Shown: one piece after another, positions 50,448 through 60,619 of the stretch
How positions within the stretch are numbered: position 1 is the stretch's first letter
How the letters are laid out: every line of letters starts with the position of its first letter
Source of the DNA: Candidatus Obscuribacteraceae bacterium
GTDB lineage: Bacteria > Cyanobacteriota > Vampirovibrionia > Obscuribacterales > Obscuribacteraceae
Reading direction: 5' to 3'
DNA: 64,000 bases
NCBI GenBank assembly: GCA_044226015.1
Contig: JBGAHS010000006.1
Location: 224,001-288,000, forward strand
The notes under the pieces: generated by a model
The model's input: only the letters and a program-made list of their open reading frames with translations
Told to the model about the DNA's origin: nothing
Databases searched by the model: none
Translations under genes and position numbers: made by a program

Positions 50448-50813
50448 TATCTGTTCCTTTGTAGCCTACTTGGGACGAGTTGGAGATTGTACCATGCATG
50501 ATCAGAGCCCAATCCTAGTCAATAAGCCTGTATTGCAAACTTTTACGTTTAATCTCTGCCAAGCGACATCCACAAAGGGTCGACTGCTCGAAGTTTTGAC
50601 GCATCCTGGCTAAGCTTGCAGGATGTGTTTTAGAAGCAGGTTCCGCTTGGAATCACAGCCAACGGAGAAGATTTGCTGTAGAAAACTTCTAGGAGCATCG
50701 TCTTACAAACAAGGACAAGAGTATGAGTCTGCAATACGGAAAAAAGCGAGGTGGAAAGCTGCCAGGGAGTGCTCCTATCGCCGCAGGCAACTAAGAATAG
50801 TGAATGAGAATCG

Positions 50814-51974
50814 CTAATTTATGGAGTAATCAACCCACTGCGCTTCCGAAGCTTCTGGCACTTCAAGTTTGCTAAGCAACTTACCCAACACTCTCTCCGG
50901 CACCGTGCTTTCACGCTCGGCGTTTCGCCGAAACAATTCGCTAAAGGATTCTGGTTCAACATACACAATGCGAAATCGCGCTTTGTATGGTGCCATGAAT
51001 GAAATCAAAGTAGAGCGCAGAGAACTCGTGACGTTCGTTGCATTCCAAACGAAGTCGCTTCCGTTGCGCAAGTACTCCAGAGCCTTCTGTCGAGCTCTTG
51101 CGACGACAGCACCCTGCGAGTCTTCGGGGTCGATGTCTAATTCATCTCTGATTTCGTCGAGTGACACCACCGGTAATCCATGGCAGTTATCCTCGACCCA
51201 CGAGTCTTTTCCAGCCCCTGGCAGTCCAGACATTATTGTCACAATCAATCGCGAATCATCAAAAACATCGCGATCAGGAAGATTTGAATTGCTGTGAAAG
51301 TAATGAAATTTACTGTGCTCACTAGCAAACTCATAGGGCGATGAAGAGCATTTGTTCTCAGTACAAAATTCCTTGAACAGCTGCAATCGAGAATACAGAT
51401 CTTGCTTATCAGAACAATCACGTCCACCAATATCAGCTTCTGCAAGGACAGAGAGCCAATCTAAGCGAACAGACATACTTGCACGAATCACAGCTTTGAC
51501 GGGATCTTCCTTTTCGTAGAACCACATCGGAAGTCCGGAAAATCGGACTAATTTAGAAATTTGTTCTCTCAAACTGAACGGTGGGAAACTAAATTCATCT
51601 GATGTCCAAAGAATCTCACGCGCCATAGAAGTACCTATGCGTGTGTGCTTGAGAGATGTTATTTTGCCTTCGTGATCAATTTTCGTTGTGGCTGGCTTTG
51701 CAACATCGTGCAATAGCGCGGCAGCAAACACAACATTTCTAGGAGTTTCATCCAGCGATTGCCAGCTTTCAGAAGCAACAAGCGACTCGCATACGAGTTG
51801 CGTATGCTGAAACACATCACCTTCTGCATGGTGATGGGGATCTTGCAAGCAGCCTTTCATGGGCTTCATCCAAGAGCACTTTTCCAGCTTTTGCCACTGA
51901 ATTTTCTCGCCAGGTTTCGGACACAGACTAAAAGACCATTTATTTTGCATGGAACTATTATTCGAAGCGTTCAT
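50814..51974 (-). CDS. HD-domain phosphoesterase + P-loop polynucleotide kinase (HD-Pnk-like end-healing enzyme)
   Basis: Q...HH.EGDV..HT, LLHDVAK, AD..GR; C-terminal GLPGAGKDS P-loop, LDEIR, VWNATN, RRN..R lid. Confidence 0.82.
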   Translation of the reverse strand: MNASNNSSMQNKWSFSLCPKPGEKIQWQKLEKCSWMKPMKGCLQDPHHHAEGDVFQHTQLVCESLVASESWQSLDETPRNVVFAAALLHDVAKPATTKIDHEGKITSLKHTRIGTSMAREILWTSDEFSFPPFSLREQISKLVRFSGLPMWFYEKEDPVKAVIRASMSVRLDWLSVLAEADIGGRDCSDKQDLYSRLQLFKEFCTENKCSSSPYEFASEHSKFHYFHSNSNLPDRDVFDDSRLIVTIMSGLPGAGKDSWVEDNCHGLPVVSLDEIRDELDIDPEDSQGAVVARARQKALEYLRNGSDFVWNATNVTSSLRSTLISFMAPYKARFRIVYVEPESFSELFRRNAERESTVPERVLGKLLSKLEVPEASEAQWVDYSIN

Positions 51975-51975
51975 C

Positions 51976-52755
51976 TCAAAATATGCTTGTCTCCGCGCTT
52001 AACTTATTGGGAATTATCGGTCTATCTAACCAATGAGATTCGGACTCGACAACAGTGCTTAAGAAGCTTTTTCGAACGAGTTTATAGCGCTCAATTACCG
52101 AACCATTTTCTTCAACCTTGATGTAGAGCCCTTCCATATCGAGGGAAGAATCAGTCTCTCTCAAAGCTATTTCCGACGACAATGAATGACTTTTGCAATA
52201 ACTCAGAAGATCATCCACGTGATTTGCCGAAATGAAACGAGACTTTCCCAGCAAGCTCAACAATGATTTGTGATCACTAAAAGCGCCTGTTGAAAGCACT
52301 TTCACAGAACGAACGCAGCTTCCTGCAAAAATCTTCTCTCTTCTTTCAGTAGATAGAAAGGTTCGGGTTTCGCGATCATAAACATCAAATTCTAGCCAAT
52401 AGTGCGGCAATTCATTGTAATAAACAGTGTGTTTAGCATACAGCCACTCACCGTATGCGATGAATCGACTACCAAGCAATTCCCTCAATTCATTCGCATG
52501 AGTGTTCGCCCACTGCTTGAACAGGTTGAAATGCTTCTCTCTCTCCCCTCCTGTAAGGAAGTGCCCACGACTCTGCAAGAAGAGAGTTCCATCTTGGTCA
52601 AAGCTTAGCGCAGAATTCGCACCATCCATTTTTTCCTCAACCACCAAATGGCGTCCCCTAATCTGTGAAAAAGGAACGCTATCGAGGTCTTCGTCGCCAG
52701 GCTGAAATCGCGAGCCCTGAATATGGTGAGTACGAGGGTACTTGATCAGCTGCAT
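51976..52755 (-). CDS. ATP-dependent RNA ligase-family nucleotidyltransferase
   Basis: KYPRT.H, motif I EEKMDGAN, QSRG, YGEW, FDVYD, EGLYIK, RYK; adenylation domain only, no OB-fold. Confidence 0.85.
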   Translation of the reverse strand: MQLIKYPRTHHIQGSRFQPGDEDLDSVPFSQIRGRHLVVEEKMDGANSALSFDQDGTLFLQSRGHFLTGGEREKHFNLFKQWANTHANELRELLGSRFIAYGEWLYAKHTVYYNELPHYWLEFDVYDRETRTFLSTERREKIFAGSCVRSVKVLSTGAFSDHKSLLSLLGKSRFISANHVDDLLSYCKSHSLSSEIALRETDSSLDMEGLYIKVEENGSVIERYKLVRKSFLSTVVESESHWLDRPIIPNKLSAETSIF

Positions 52756-52757
52756 AA

Positions 52758-53456
52758 CTATGGTGAGACGTACTTTGTTGCCACTGCAATGAGGTGGTTC
52801 AAAACGCCTTGAAATCGGGGCTTAGCGCCAGCGTCAGAAATCATCGTCTGCAGAGCTTTCTTATCTAACAAATGAATATGCTCAGGGTTATCATCTTCAG
52901 ATGATGGAACCGAAATAATGATGTTGCGGCGACTCACCCGCACGGCCTCTTTGATTGCTTTGGCTGGGTCTTTCATGTGCTCGAGAACTTCAAGCAACGT
53001 CACCACGTCGAAGGATTTATCAGGGAACGGAAGAGACCGGGCATCACCCTTGATGGCATCAAGTCTAACGATGCCGCCTTTATGAACAGCCAACATGTCG
53101 TCAACACGGTCTTCTCTCAAATCCATGCACGTTACATCTAACCTTTGAAATTCGGTCAAAAGCGGCCAGACGAAGACGCCTCTGCCGGAACCGATGTCCA
53201 ACAAATTGCTGGGAGCTAAGCCTTTCAAGACTCCAAGCACGCGTTGTACACGAGCTAACTCCATCGTACGCTTGAATTTGTGGAGTTTTAGCCCAGACTG
53301 AGTGCCCAAATTGAAGAGTGTATTGCGTTCAGCCGAACTGAGCATTGCTAACGGTTTGGAGAAGATTTCGGGATCTGCCTCATTAGTGCCGAGCTTGCCG
53401 CGAACAAATGCTGCCGCAAGTTCCATGTGATAACGATCTTCAAGTTGTGTTTCCAC
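52758..53456 (-). CDS. Class I SAM-dependent methyltransferase, first gene of the ligase/HD-Pnk operon
   Basis: LDIGSGRG, GDA..LPF.D.SFDVVT.LEVLEH, ISVP....NPEH.H; 2 nt from the ligase start. Confidence 0.85.
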   Translation of the reverse strand: METQLEDRYHMELAAAFVRGKLGTNEADPEIFSKPLAMLSSAERNTLFNLGTQSGLKLHKFKRTMELARVQRVLGVLKGLAPSNLLDIGSGRGVFVWPLLTEFQRLDVTCMDLREDRVDDMLAVHKGGIVRLDAIKGDARSLPFPDKSFDVVTLLEVLEHMKDPAKAIKEAVRVSRRNIIISVPSSEDDNPEHIHLLDKKALQTMISDAGAKPRFQGVLNHLIAVATKYVSP

Positions 53457-53634
53457 GTAACAAAATCCCTAGATGCCAACTGCTGCTTAAATGAATTGAA
53501 CACATTATCGGGCGCTTTGTGCTGCATACGGTCCCGAAATCATATATTATCTTTAATCTCCTTCGGCAGGCGCAGCCATGCATGAGTCCCAGGTTTCAAG
53601 ATAAATTGATGAAAGTTGATGAGAGGTATGCCCA

Positions 53635-55851
53635 GTGACTAGCCCAAGACCGCATCGAATTCGAGTCAGAAAACGAACACGACAGGTGGCACCTGGGGCT
53701 GAGGCGAATAGTGAGATCACTCCTTTGAGGTTGAATGATCCCGCTTTGTACATCAACAGAGAGTTGAGCCTTCTTGCATTTCAAAAAAGAGTCTTGGAAG
53801 AAGCACAGGATGAGACTAATCCGCTGCTTGAGCGCTTCAAATTTTTGTCAATTCTTGGCTCTAATCTCGACGAATTTTTCATGGTTCGCGTTGCTGGACT
53901 GAAGCGACAACTAGAATCTGGAGCGGTCCCAGCACTGCCAGATGGCATGACTCCCGCAGCGCAGCTCGCGTCCATCCGAACTGACGTTACAAATCTCTTG
54001 CATACATCTTATGCTTGCTTGTCGCAACAGTTGTGGCCGGCGTTAAAAGAAGAAGGCATACAAATACTACAGTACTCTGAGTTGAATGCTCGACAGAAAG
54101 CCAAAGCCAGAGAGTATTTCATCCACACTGTTTTTCCTGTGTTGACGCCACTTGCGTTCGACCCGGGCAGACCGTTTCCGCATATTTCGAACCTCAGTTT
54201 GAACCTGGCAGTATTAATCAAAGACCAGAGTGAGAATGAACGTTTTGCGCGAATCAAAATTCCTGATACTCTGCCGCAGTTAATTCCTCTGGACAAACTG
54301 ACTGCCGTTCCAAGTGGTGGCAAGCGTAATGATGCTGACAAAAAAGCGCGCTGTTTTGTTTGGCTGGAAGATTTGATTGCAGCCAATCTGCAAGACCTGT
54401 TTCCAGGTATGGAAATCATTGATGCACATCCTTTCCACATAACAAGAAACGCTGAACTCGCAATTCAAGAACTTGAGGCAGGCGACTTACTCGAAACAAC
54501 GGAAGAAGGACTCAGACAGCGAAGATTTGGTGACGTAGTTAGACTTAAGGTCAACTGCTCGATGCCAGTCAACATTCTGCAAATCCTAGTCAATAATCTG
54601 GAAATTGATCTCGACGATGTCTATCACGTCGAGGGAATGCTCAGCCTCAACAGATTGAGATACATCGGCAGCCTTGATCGCCCTGACCTGAAGTACACGC
54701 CATTTACGCCGCTTGTTCCAGGCAGCTTGTACTCGGAGAATCGCGAATTCGACATTTTCGCCTCAATTCGCCAACGCGATATTCTTTTGCATCATCCGTA
54801 CGATTCGTTCCAGCCGGTCATCGACTTTCTGCGCGCAGCGGCCCGTGACCCTGACGTGCTCGCAATAAAAATGACTCTGTATCGAGCTGGAAGAAACTCG
54901 CCAGTGGTAGAAGCTTTGCTCGACGCAATGGAAAATGAAAAGCAAGTTGCAGTACTGGTTGAGCTCAAAGCTCGGTTTGACGAAGAAAGTAATATTGAAT
55001 GGGCCAGAGCACTTGAAGCTGAAGGCGTCCACGTTGTTTATGGATTGCTGGGGCTGAAGGTACACTCGAAGATTGCACTTGTAGTACGAAGAGAGGGTGA
55101 TACCATTCGGCGTTATGTACATTTGGGCACAGGCAACTACAATCCGCTGACGTCGCACTTCTACACAGACATTGGCTTGTTTACTTGTGATGAAGAAATT
55201 GGTGCCGATGCAACAGACCTCTTCAATTATCTAACTGGCTATTCTGCAAAAACAGATTATCAAAAGTTGGCAATTGCACCAATCAATCTGCGCCAGCGCT
55301 TGGAAGCAATAATAAAGCGCGAAATAAGACATCAGCAACATGGTGAGCGAGGTCATCTCATCTTCAAGATGAATGCTCTGGTCGATCAAGAAATGATTGA
55401 AATGCTCTATGAAGCATCACGAGAAGGCGTGCAAATCGACTTGCTGGTTCGCGGAATATGTTGTTTGCGCCCCGGTATTCCAGGTGTCAGCGAGAACATC
55501 AGAGTTATTAGTGTTCTTGGAAGATTCCTCGAACACAGCCGCATCTATTACTGCCGAAATGGTGGCAAGGAAGAAATATACATGGGTAGTGCGGATATAA
55601 TGCCTCGAAATCTCAACAGAAGAGTCGAAGTCATTTATCCTCTGGAAGATCAGAAGCTTATCAGACAAGTTCGCGACGACATTCTACATACCTACCTTTC
55701 GGATCGCGTCAAAGCACGCGAAATGAAAGCAGATGGAAGCTATATTCGTATGGCAGCAAAACCATCCGAAAAGCGCATCAACGCACAGGCAGACTTTATT
55801 GCCCGGCGTTTAGCTGAGCAAGATAGTCGTCCAGAAAGAGCTGAGGATTAG
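53635..55851 (+). CDS. ppk1: Polyphosphate kinase 1
   Basis: NRELS.L.F..RVL, SNLDEFFMVRVAG, LHHPYDSF, ELKARFDE, KVHSK, HLGTGNYN, RFLEHSR. Confidence 0.97.
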   Translation: MTSPRPHRIRVRKRTRQVAPGAEANSEITPLRLNDPALYINRELSLLAFQKRVLEEAQDETNPLLERFKFLSILGSNLDEFFMVRVAGLKRQLESGAVPALPDGMTPAAQLASIRTDVTNLLHTSYACLSQQLWPALKEEGIQILQYSELNARQKAKAREYFIHTVFPVLTPLAFDPGRPFPHISNLSLNLAVLIKDQSENERFARIKIPDTLPQLIPLDKLTAVPSGGKRNDADKKARCFVWLEDLIAANLQDLFPGMEIIDAHPFHITRNAELAIQELEAGDLLETTEEGLRQRRFGDVVRLKVNCSMPVNILQILVNNLEIDLDDVYHVEGMLSLNRLRYIGSLDRPDLKYTPFTPLVPGSLYSENREFDIFASIRQRDILLHHPYDSFQPVIDFLRAAARDPDVLAIKMTLYRAGRNSPVVEALLDAMENEKQVAVLVELKARFDEESNIEWARALEAEGVHVVYGLLGLKVHSKIALVVRREGDTIRRYVHLGTGNYNPLTSHFYTDIGLFTCDEEIGADATDLFNYLTGYSAKTDYQKLAIAPINLRQRLEAIIKREIRHQQHGERGHLIFKMNALVDQEMIEMLYEASREGVQIDLLVRGICCLRPGIPGVSENIRVISVLGRFLEHSRIYYCRNGGKEEIYMGSADIMPRNLNRRVEVIYPLEDQKLIRQVRDDILHTYLSDRVKAREMKADGSYIRMAAKPSEKRINAQADFIARRLAEQDSRPERAED

Positions 55852-55890
55852 TCAACTTTGCTCTAGTAATCAGAGTCCATACATTCACCA

Positions 55891-55923
55891 TAGAGGCTTG
55901 TTTCATTCTGAAGCAAGCCTCTA
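55891..55923. terminator. Stem-loop between convergent ppk1 and the immunity-like gene
   Basis: TAGAGGCTTGTTTCA-ttc-TGAAGCAAGCCTCTA. Confidence 0.6.
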
Positions 55924-55963
55924 GGAATTTGCATCCAAACCAATTGAGCTTACCTGACTCAGC

Positions 55964-56545
55964 TTATAATGTTTCAGATCGGAGAAATTCCTCATACGCT
56001 GGCGTCTTTTCTGTTTTGCAACCGCTCAAAGACTCAAGCGACTCTGTTCCTTGTGCGTTTTCGGCTTTGAGAAGTCCAGACCTCACACCAATTAATGTAT
56101 GCACATCGTTGAACAACGAACCATCCGATTTGGATAGTAGAAGCTCCTGCCGCAATTTGTCATAGCCTGACTTGTCTAAAACAAAGTTACTCTCGACGTC
56201 ACTCCACGCCTCTGCAGGTGGTGGCTCAAGTCCATTTTTGTGTTTCAGCAAACCGATTCTGTACAATGCAAAATTTCTTGTTTCGGAGATGATCTTCTTG
56301 CAAGCGTCATCCTTCACATATCCAAGTACATAGTCTGCCAGGGCTACTGTCACCCGGTCATTGGTAAGTGATTCAGCCATTCCAACTAACAGCTTTGCTG
56401 CACGATCATTTTTTGAATCCATCACTAGCGAATGGTACAGCAGTCTCAAGCAGCTACTTTCCATATCAGCTTGGGTCCATATTTCATTGGCAATTGTTGC
56501 TGCTTCATCGGCGTTCAAATCACCGATTGATTTGGTTTTGTTCAT
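55964..56545 (-). CDS. Hypothetical protein, candidate immunity protein
   Basis: RBS GGGAG; starts 22 nt after the large toxin-like gene; no motif recognised. Confidence 0.55.
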   Translation of the reverse strand: MNKTKSIGDLNADEAATIANEIWTQADMESSCLRLLYHSLVMDSKNDRAAKLLVGMAESLTNDRVTVALADYVLGYVKDDACKKIISETRNFALYRIGLLKHKNGLEPPPAEAWSDVESNFVLDKSGYDKLRQELLLSKSDGSLFNDVHTLIGVRSGLLKAENAQGTESLESLSGCKTEKTPAYEEFLRSETL

Positions 56546-56567
56546 CTCGTCTCCCGCTTAAAACAGT

Positions 56568-58964
56568 CTATCGCCCCTGATAATTTGGAATACCTTGCCC
56601 ATGAAACTTTGTTCTTAGAGATCTAATTGAGCTATCAATCACACGCTTCCAATTATCATAACCAAGTTTTTCAAGTTCTTTGCCAAAACGCCATAACTCA
56701 TACGCCATTACAGTAGGATCATGGTGTGTATCAGACGACGGCAAAGGCGTCTCTAGTATATTCAGTTTTGACTTAGTACTTATGGTTTTTCCGATAATTT
56801 CAGCGAGTTCATTTTCTCTTTGCAAATCAAGTATTTTGGCAGCCTCCAGCCTGGTAAGAGAGGGATTTGCCGCTCTAAGGCGCGAATTCAAGTTGTCACG
56901 TGTCACGTCATCGGCAACGCCTATAACCAGATGCTTGCGCTCAATTGGCACATTCTTATCAGGAAACTCTAAGCTTGAATTTGACACGCGTGAATCTACA
57001 AGTTTTCCGTTTCGCAAGCCCAATGTTTTTTCGGTTACATCTATGGGATACATTTCACCCGTACTCTTATTAACGAGCAGTACGTCGCAACCTGCCATAT
57101 CGGCAGCATTTTCACCAGGCATTGGAAGGGCAATCCAGTCTTTAGCTCGCTCAGGACTTACTCCATTAGCCTTCAAGGCTGCCTGGAAGTGGGGATTTTT
57201 GTCGAGTCCCTTATCGAAGAGGGACTTCAATGAATTGCTCACCTCTCGCTGTGTACCGCTGCCTGAACGAGTTTCGATTGAACGATCTAGCCCCCCACTG
57301 CTGCGTCCATCCCAGCCATACTGTTTTACCAGTTTCTCTTTCACAACATCGTATAACGTGTCTTCTGCAGCGTAGTACTTTTCCAGAAGCTTTTCTTCTT
57401 CAGTAGCGCGATGTGCGTCTGGCTTTAGCTCAATATTCTTAGCTTCAGACCTGAGTTTTTCCACTTCATTTCTCAAATCGCCCAGTTGTTTTTCGAACTT
57501 TTTCTCAACTCGTGCCAATGCCTCAGCCTGCTCGAAGTTTTTGACTTGCAGGTTCTTCCGCATGTCCAAAAGTTCTTTGTTCATCTGACTGAGACCTTCT
57601 AAATTCTCAAGTACAGGTGTTTTCGCAAGATTATCAACGTCTCCAGCGAGCTTCGAGAACGATATCTCAGGAACCCGTCCTCTAGCGGCACCACCTGTTG
57701 TCTTCAAAATCTTTGACTCAGCACCTTCCTTGGCCGACATGGCTAGGAAACCATCATTCGGAATTCCAGCAAACGCAAGCTTCCTTTGACCGCCTCCATT
57801 TGCAAGCACAGCTAAGGCGTCCCAACATTCATCTCCCAGGGTTTTGAGTGATTTTGCGACGGACGAGAAATTGATCTGCTTCAAACATGCTTCTGTTTCC
57901 TCTCGGATTGCTGTTCCAAGTGTTGAACCTTCAGGAAGTCCAACACCTCCAGTAGCCAGGGTAAACGCAGCTTTATAGCAATCGGGACCCAATATTGATT
58001 TGCTCTTGTCGGCAAAATTTAGGAGTTCCTCATTGCTGCAATTTTTTAGCTTATCGTTCATATAGGCTAATTTTGCATTTCTCTCTCTGTGCTCAGGCGA
58101 ATTGAGCTGATCGTTCGTTAAAAGAGTTATGCCCCCGACCAGCGCTGAAGCCAATATGGCAGGATGAGCCTTCTCCAAGATAGCACCAATTGCGGTGCCT
58201 GCAAGAAAATTGCTGCTACCTTCATGAACAGTTTGTGCCGTGTTCTTCGTAACTTGCTTGTGCGCTTCATCAGCAGCTCCAAACATAGGAGCGATTCCGA
58301 ATACAATTAGCTGTTTGCCAACTAGCCTGGCGTTGTCAGCGCCAATGAATTTACAAAGATCGGGACCAAGCAAGAGAGCCGAGGTTGCGGTCCCCATGTC
58401 TCCTTTGGCTATCTTGAGTGCTGCTATATTCTCTTTGCCAAACCTTTTTTCAGCACCGTCTATCAACGTGTTAGTGGCGGTATCGATTTTCGCCAGACGC
58501 TCTGCCTTCGAATTTTTCTGAGCAGCATCTTCAATTTGTCCGGTCTTCATATCGCCAGACTTATGTCCATCATGATTTATCAGTTCAGCTTTGACGTTTA
58601 GACTTACTTGGGGCAAAGTGCCACGCTCAGAAGACTGTTGCTTTGCCAGAGCTTGTGGTGAAACTTCCTTTTGCCGCTCAATCTTGATATTTGAATGCTT
58701 GTTATCAGAGTGAACTTGCGAATCAGCGCCTTTAGAGAAGAGTTCAGCCGCAGAAACGAACTTACCATGCTTATCACCAGCACCTGTGATGCCACTCTTT
58801 CCGCTTTCACGCTGATGCTTTCGTTGTTGCTTTACTTGTTCACTCAGATCTTTGAACCCAACCGTAGCTTCGGAACGCTCTTTCGACTCTAAGTTCACTC
58901 TATTGTGACTCTCAGCTTTAACTGACTGATGTTCTGCACACTTGTGATTGCCTTCGTTTAACAT
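56568..58964 (-). CDS. Large protein with hydrophobic Gly/Ala region, coiled coil and a C-terminal PD-(D/E)XK-like domain (candidate polymorphic toxin)
   Basis: C-terminal AD.AG.DVLLVN..TGE.YPIDVT resembles a restriction-endonuclease-fold active site; start uncertain (58964 or 59021). Confidence 0.55.
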   Translation of the reverse strand: MLNEGNHKCAEHQSVKAESHNRVNLESKERSEATVGFKDLSEQVKQQRKHQRESGKSGITGAGDKHGKFVSAAELFSKGADSQVHSDNKHSNIKIERQKEVSPQALAKQQSSERGTLPQVSLNVKAELINHDGHKSGDMKTGQIEDAAQKNSKAERLAKIDTATNTLIDGAEKRFGKENIAALKIAKGDMGTATSALLLGPDLCKFIGADNARLVGKQLIVFGIAPMFGAADEAHKQVTKNTAQTVHEGSSNFLAGTAIGAILEKAHPAILASALVGGITLLTNDQLNSPEHRERNAKLAYMNDKLKNCSNEELLNFADKSKSILGPDCYKAAFTLATGGVGLPEGSTLGTAIREETEACLKQINFSSVAKSLKTLGDECWDALAVLANGGGQRKLAFAGIPNDGFLAMSAKEGAESKILKTTGGAARGRVPEISFSKLAGDVDNLAKTPVLENLEGLSQMNKELLDMRKNLQVKNFEQAEALARVEKKFEKQLGDLRNEVEKLRSEAKNIELKPDAHRATEEEKLLEKYYAAEDTLYDVVKEKLVKQYGWDGRSSGGLDRSIETRSGSGTQREVSNSLKSLFDKGLDKNPHFQAALKANGVSPERAKDWIALPMPGENAADMAGCDVLLVNKSTGEMYPIDVTEKTLGLRNGKLVDSRVSNSSLEFPDKNVPIERKHLVIGVADDVTRDNLNSRLRAANPSLTRLEAAKILDLQRENELAEIIGKTISTKSKLNILETPLPSSDTHHDPTVMAYELWRFGKELEKLGYDNWKRVIDSSIRSLRTKFHGQGIPNYQGR

Positions 58965-59159
58965 GGGTTCGTTACCACACTTGAGTAGACGCGAGATGCT
59001 CGAGCCAGGTGGAAGGAACAAATAAATGAACAGCGTCGCTGATCATCGTAACTGCAATCAATACTAGTAAGTCTTTGACCAGTAAATTGCTTCCACCAGT
59101 AAACGAATTATCGCGACCGAGTCTGAAATTTCCTTGAAAGTTAGAAAAAGGACGAAAAT

Positions 59160-59942
59160 TTAGTTCATCCAATCCATATCAGCGATGCGATCAGCCCTCT
59201 CCAGTGCTTGAGAAGCCTTTTCCTTAAACCCTTCGTCCACCAATCTCAGTCCCCGCACGGCAAGGGCACGAACAAAGGAATTGCCACTGCCTGCATCTTT
59301 GACATAAACCAAGTCTGCTTTGGACTCCTGTGGATACGGAGAAAATACACGCCAGAAGCCACAAAACGCACGCGTCTCGAGTTGTTTTGGTTTAGAAAAC
59401 GCAAGATCCATAAGGGTGGTCATAGGCAAATTTCCGCGCAAAAATTGCAACACGGGGTAAGGCCAATCTTTGTTTTTTATCTTGTTGTCGACCGCGTTTG
59501 CTAGAAATGCGTTCGCCTCTTCAAGGCTGCTCTGCTTCACTTTGAGCGCATACATGAAGTAAACACTGACGCAATCCCACTCATTAGAGTCGAGTGACTT
59601 TTGAAGGTCTTTCAGCGCTGCATCAAAATTACCATCTATCATGTATGCCAGTGCGCGGGTGCGCAGGATGATTCTGTCTTTTGGTCCAATCCCAATAGCT
59701 TTGTGCAAATCTTTGAAAGCCCGTTCGTCCTGTGACTGAAGCAGGTAAATTGTGGCTCTCGCGACAAGAGCAGATGCGCATTTCGGATTGCGCTTCAAAA
59801 TATTGTTGTAGACGCCCAAAGCAGCATCGATTTTGCCAGACTGTTCGTACAAATTTCCGAGAGCCAGAAGGACATTGTCGACGGGGTTTTCTTTGACTTT
59901 GTTTTTCTGGGCAATCGGCTCGGTAATAGTTTTTGGACTCAT
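59160..59942 (-). CDS. TPR-repeat protein (NlpI-like C-terminal part)
   Basis: TPR repeats (LG.LY...GK.D.A...Y...L..NP); DWPYPV..FL.G motif. Confidence 0.75.
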   Translation of the reverse strand: MSPKTITEPIAQKNKVKENPVDNVLLALGNLYEQSGKIDAALGVYNNILKRNPKCASALVARATIYLLQSQDERAFKDLHKAIGIGPKDRIILRTRALAYMIDGNFDAALKDLQKSLDSNEWDCVSVYFMYALKVKQSSLEEANAFLANAVDNKIKNKDWPYPVLQFLRGNLPMTTLMDLAFSKPKQLETRAFCGFWRVFSPYPQESKADLVYVKDAGSGNSFVRALAVRGLRLVDEGFKEKASQALERADRIADMDWMN

Positions 59943-60361
59943 GACCCATACCTCGACGCGCCACTTCACATCCCTAATTTCATTATAGGTTCGAGTCCTG
60001 AATTCGTACAGAGAGGGTCCAGGGGGTCCAAATCGATGGAACAGTTACAACACAAGCACAAATGGCAAGATGGAGTGAAATCGCGGAATTTTCCCAAGTT
60101 GAATTTACAATCAAAAAAAATGCCCATGCACCTAAATAATTGAGCACAGGCTGTCGGCGAGCTATTTGTGAGCTAAGGGAATCTGACACTGCAGAGACCC
60201 ATTGCAAAATTTGAATTCTAGAACTTTGTTGGCTTAAGAGCCTATCTAGTAATACGGACGGGCATACAGAGCCGCAATCCGTTATTGAATTTTTCTGTGA
60301 CAGTAGAACAAGTTTGACTCTCAATCCAGAAACAGTAGTACCGCATCAGGACCAAGTAGAA

Positions 60362-60433
60362 CTAAACCAACTCGCGAACTACCAAACCGGTTGCCGCTGC
60401 TGCTGCCATTGCTGCCATCGCTAAAAGTAACAT
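60362..60433 (-). CDS. 23-aa hydrophobic small peptide MLLLAMAAMAAAAATGLVVRELV
   Basis: Strong RBS AGAGGAG upstream of the ATG; isolated in a long intergenic region. Confidence 0.5.
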   Translation of the reverse strand: MLLLAMAAMAAAAATGLVVRELV

Positions 60434-60619
60434 CGAAAACTCTCCTCTCTACGTCTATGAAAAACTAGACGAAGAAGTTTCGGTTTTTATCCTGCAATTT
60501 CAGAAATTTAATGATACCGCCAGTGGTTGCCAAGTGATTCCGTACTTTTCAATCAGTTAGCAAGTCACCATCTGTGGTGCACATGTTGCGCAACGAAGTA
60601 TGCTTCGAAAGTGAGGGAT

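Noticed and set aside
56680..57375. 231-aa plus-strand ORF
   Set aside because: Antisense to the toxin-like gene; Ser-rich shadow composition
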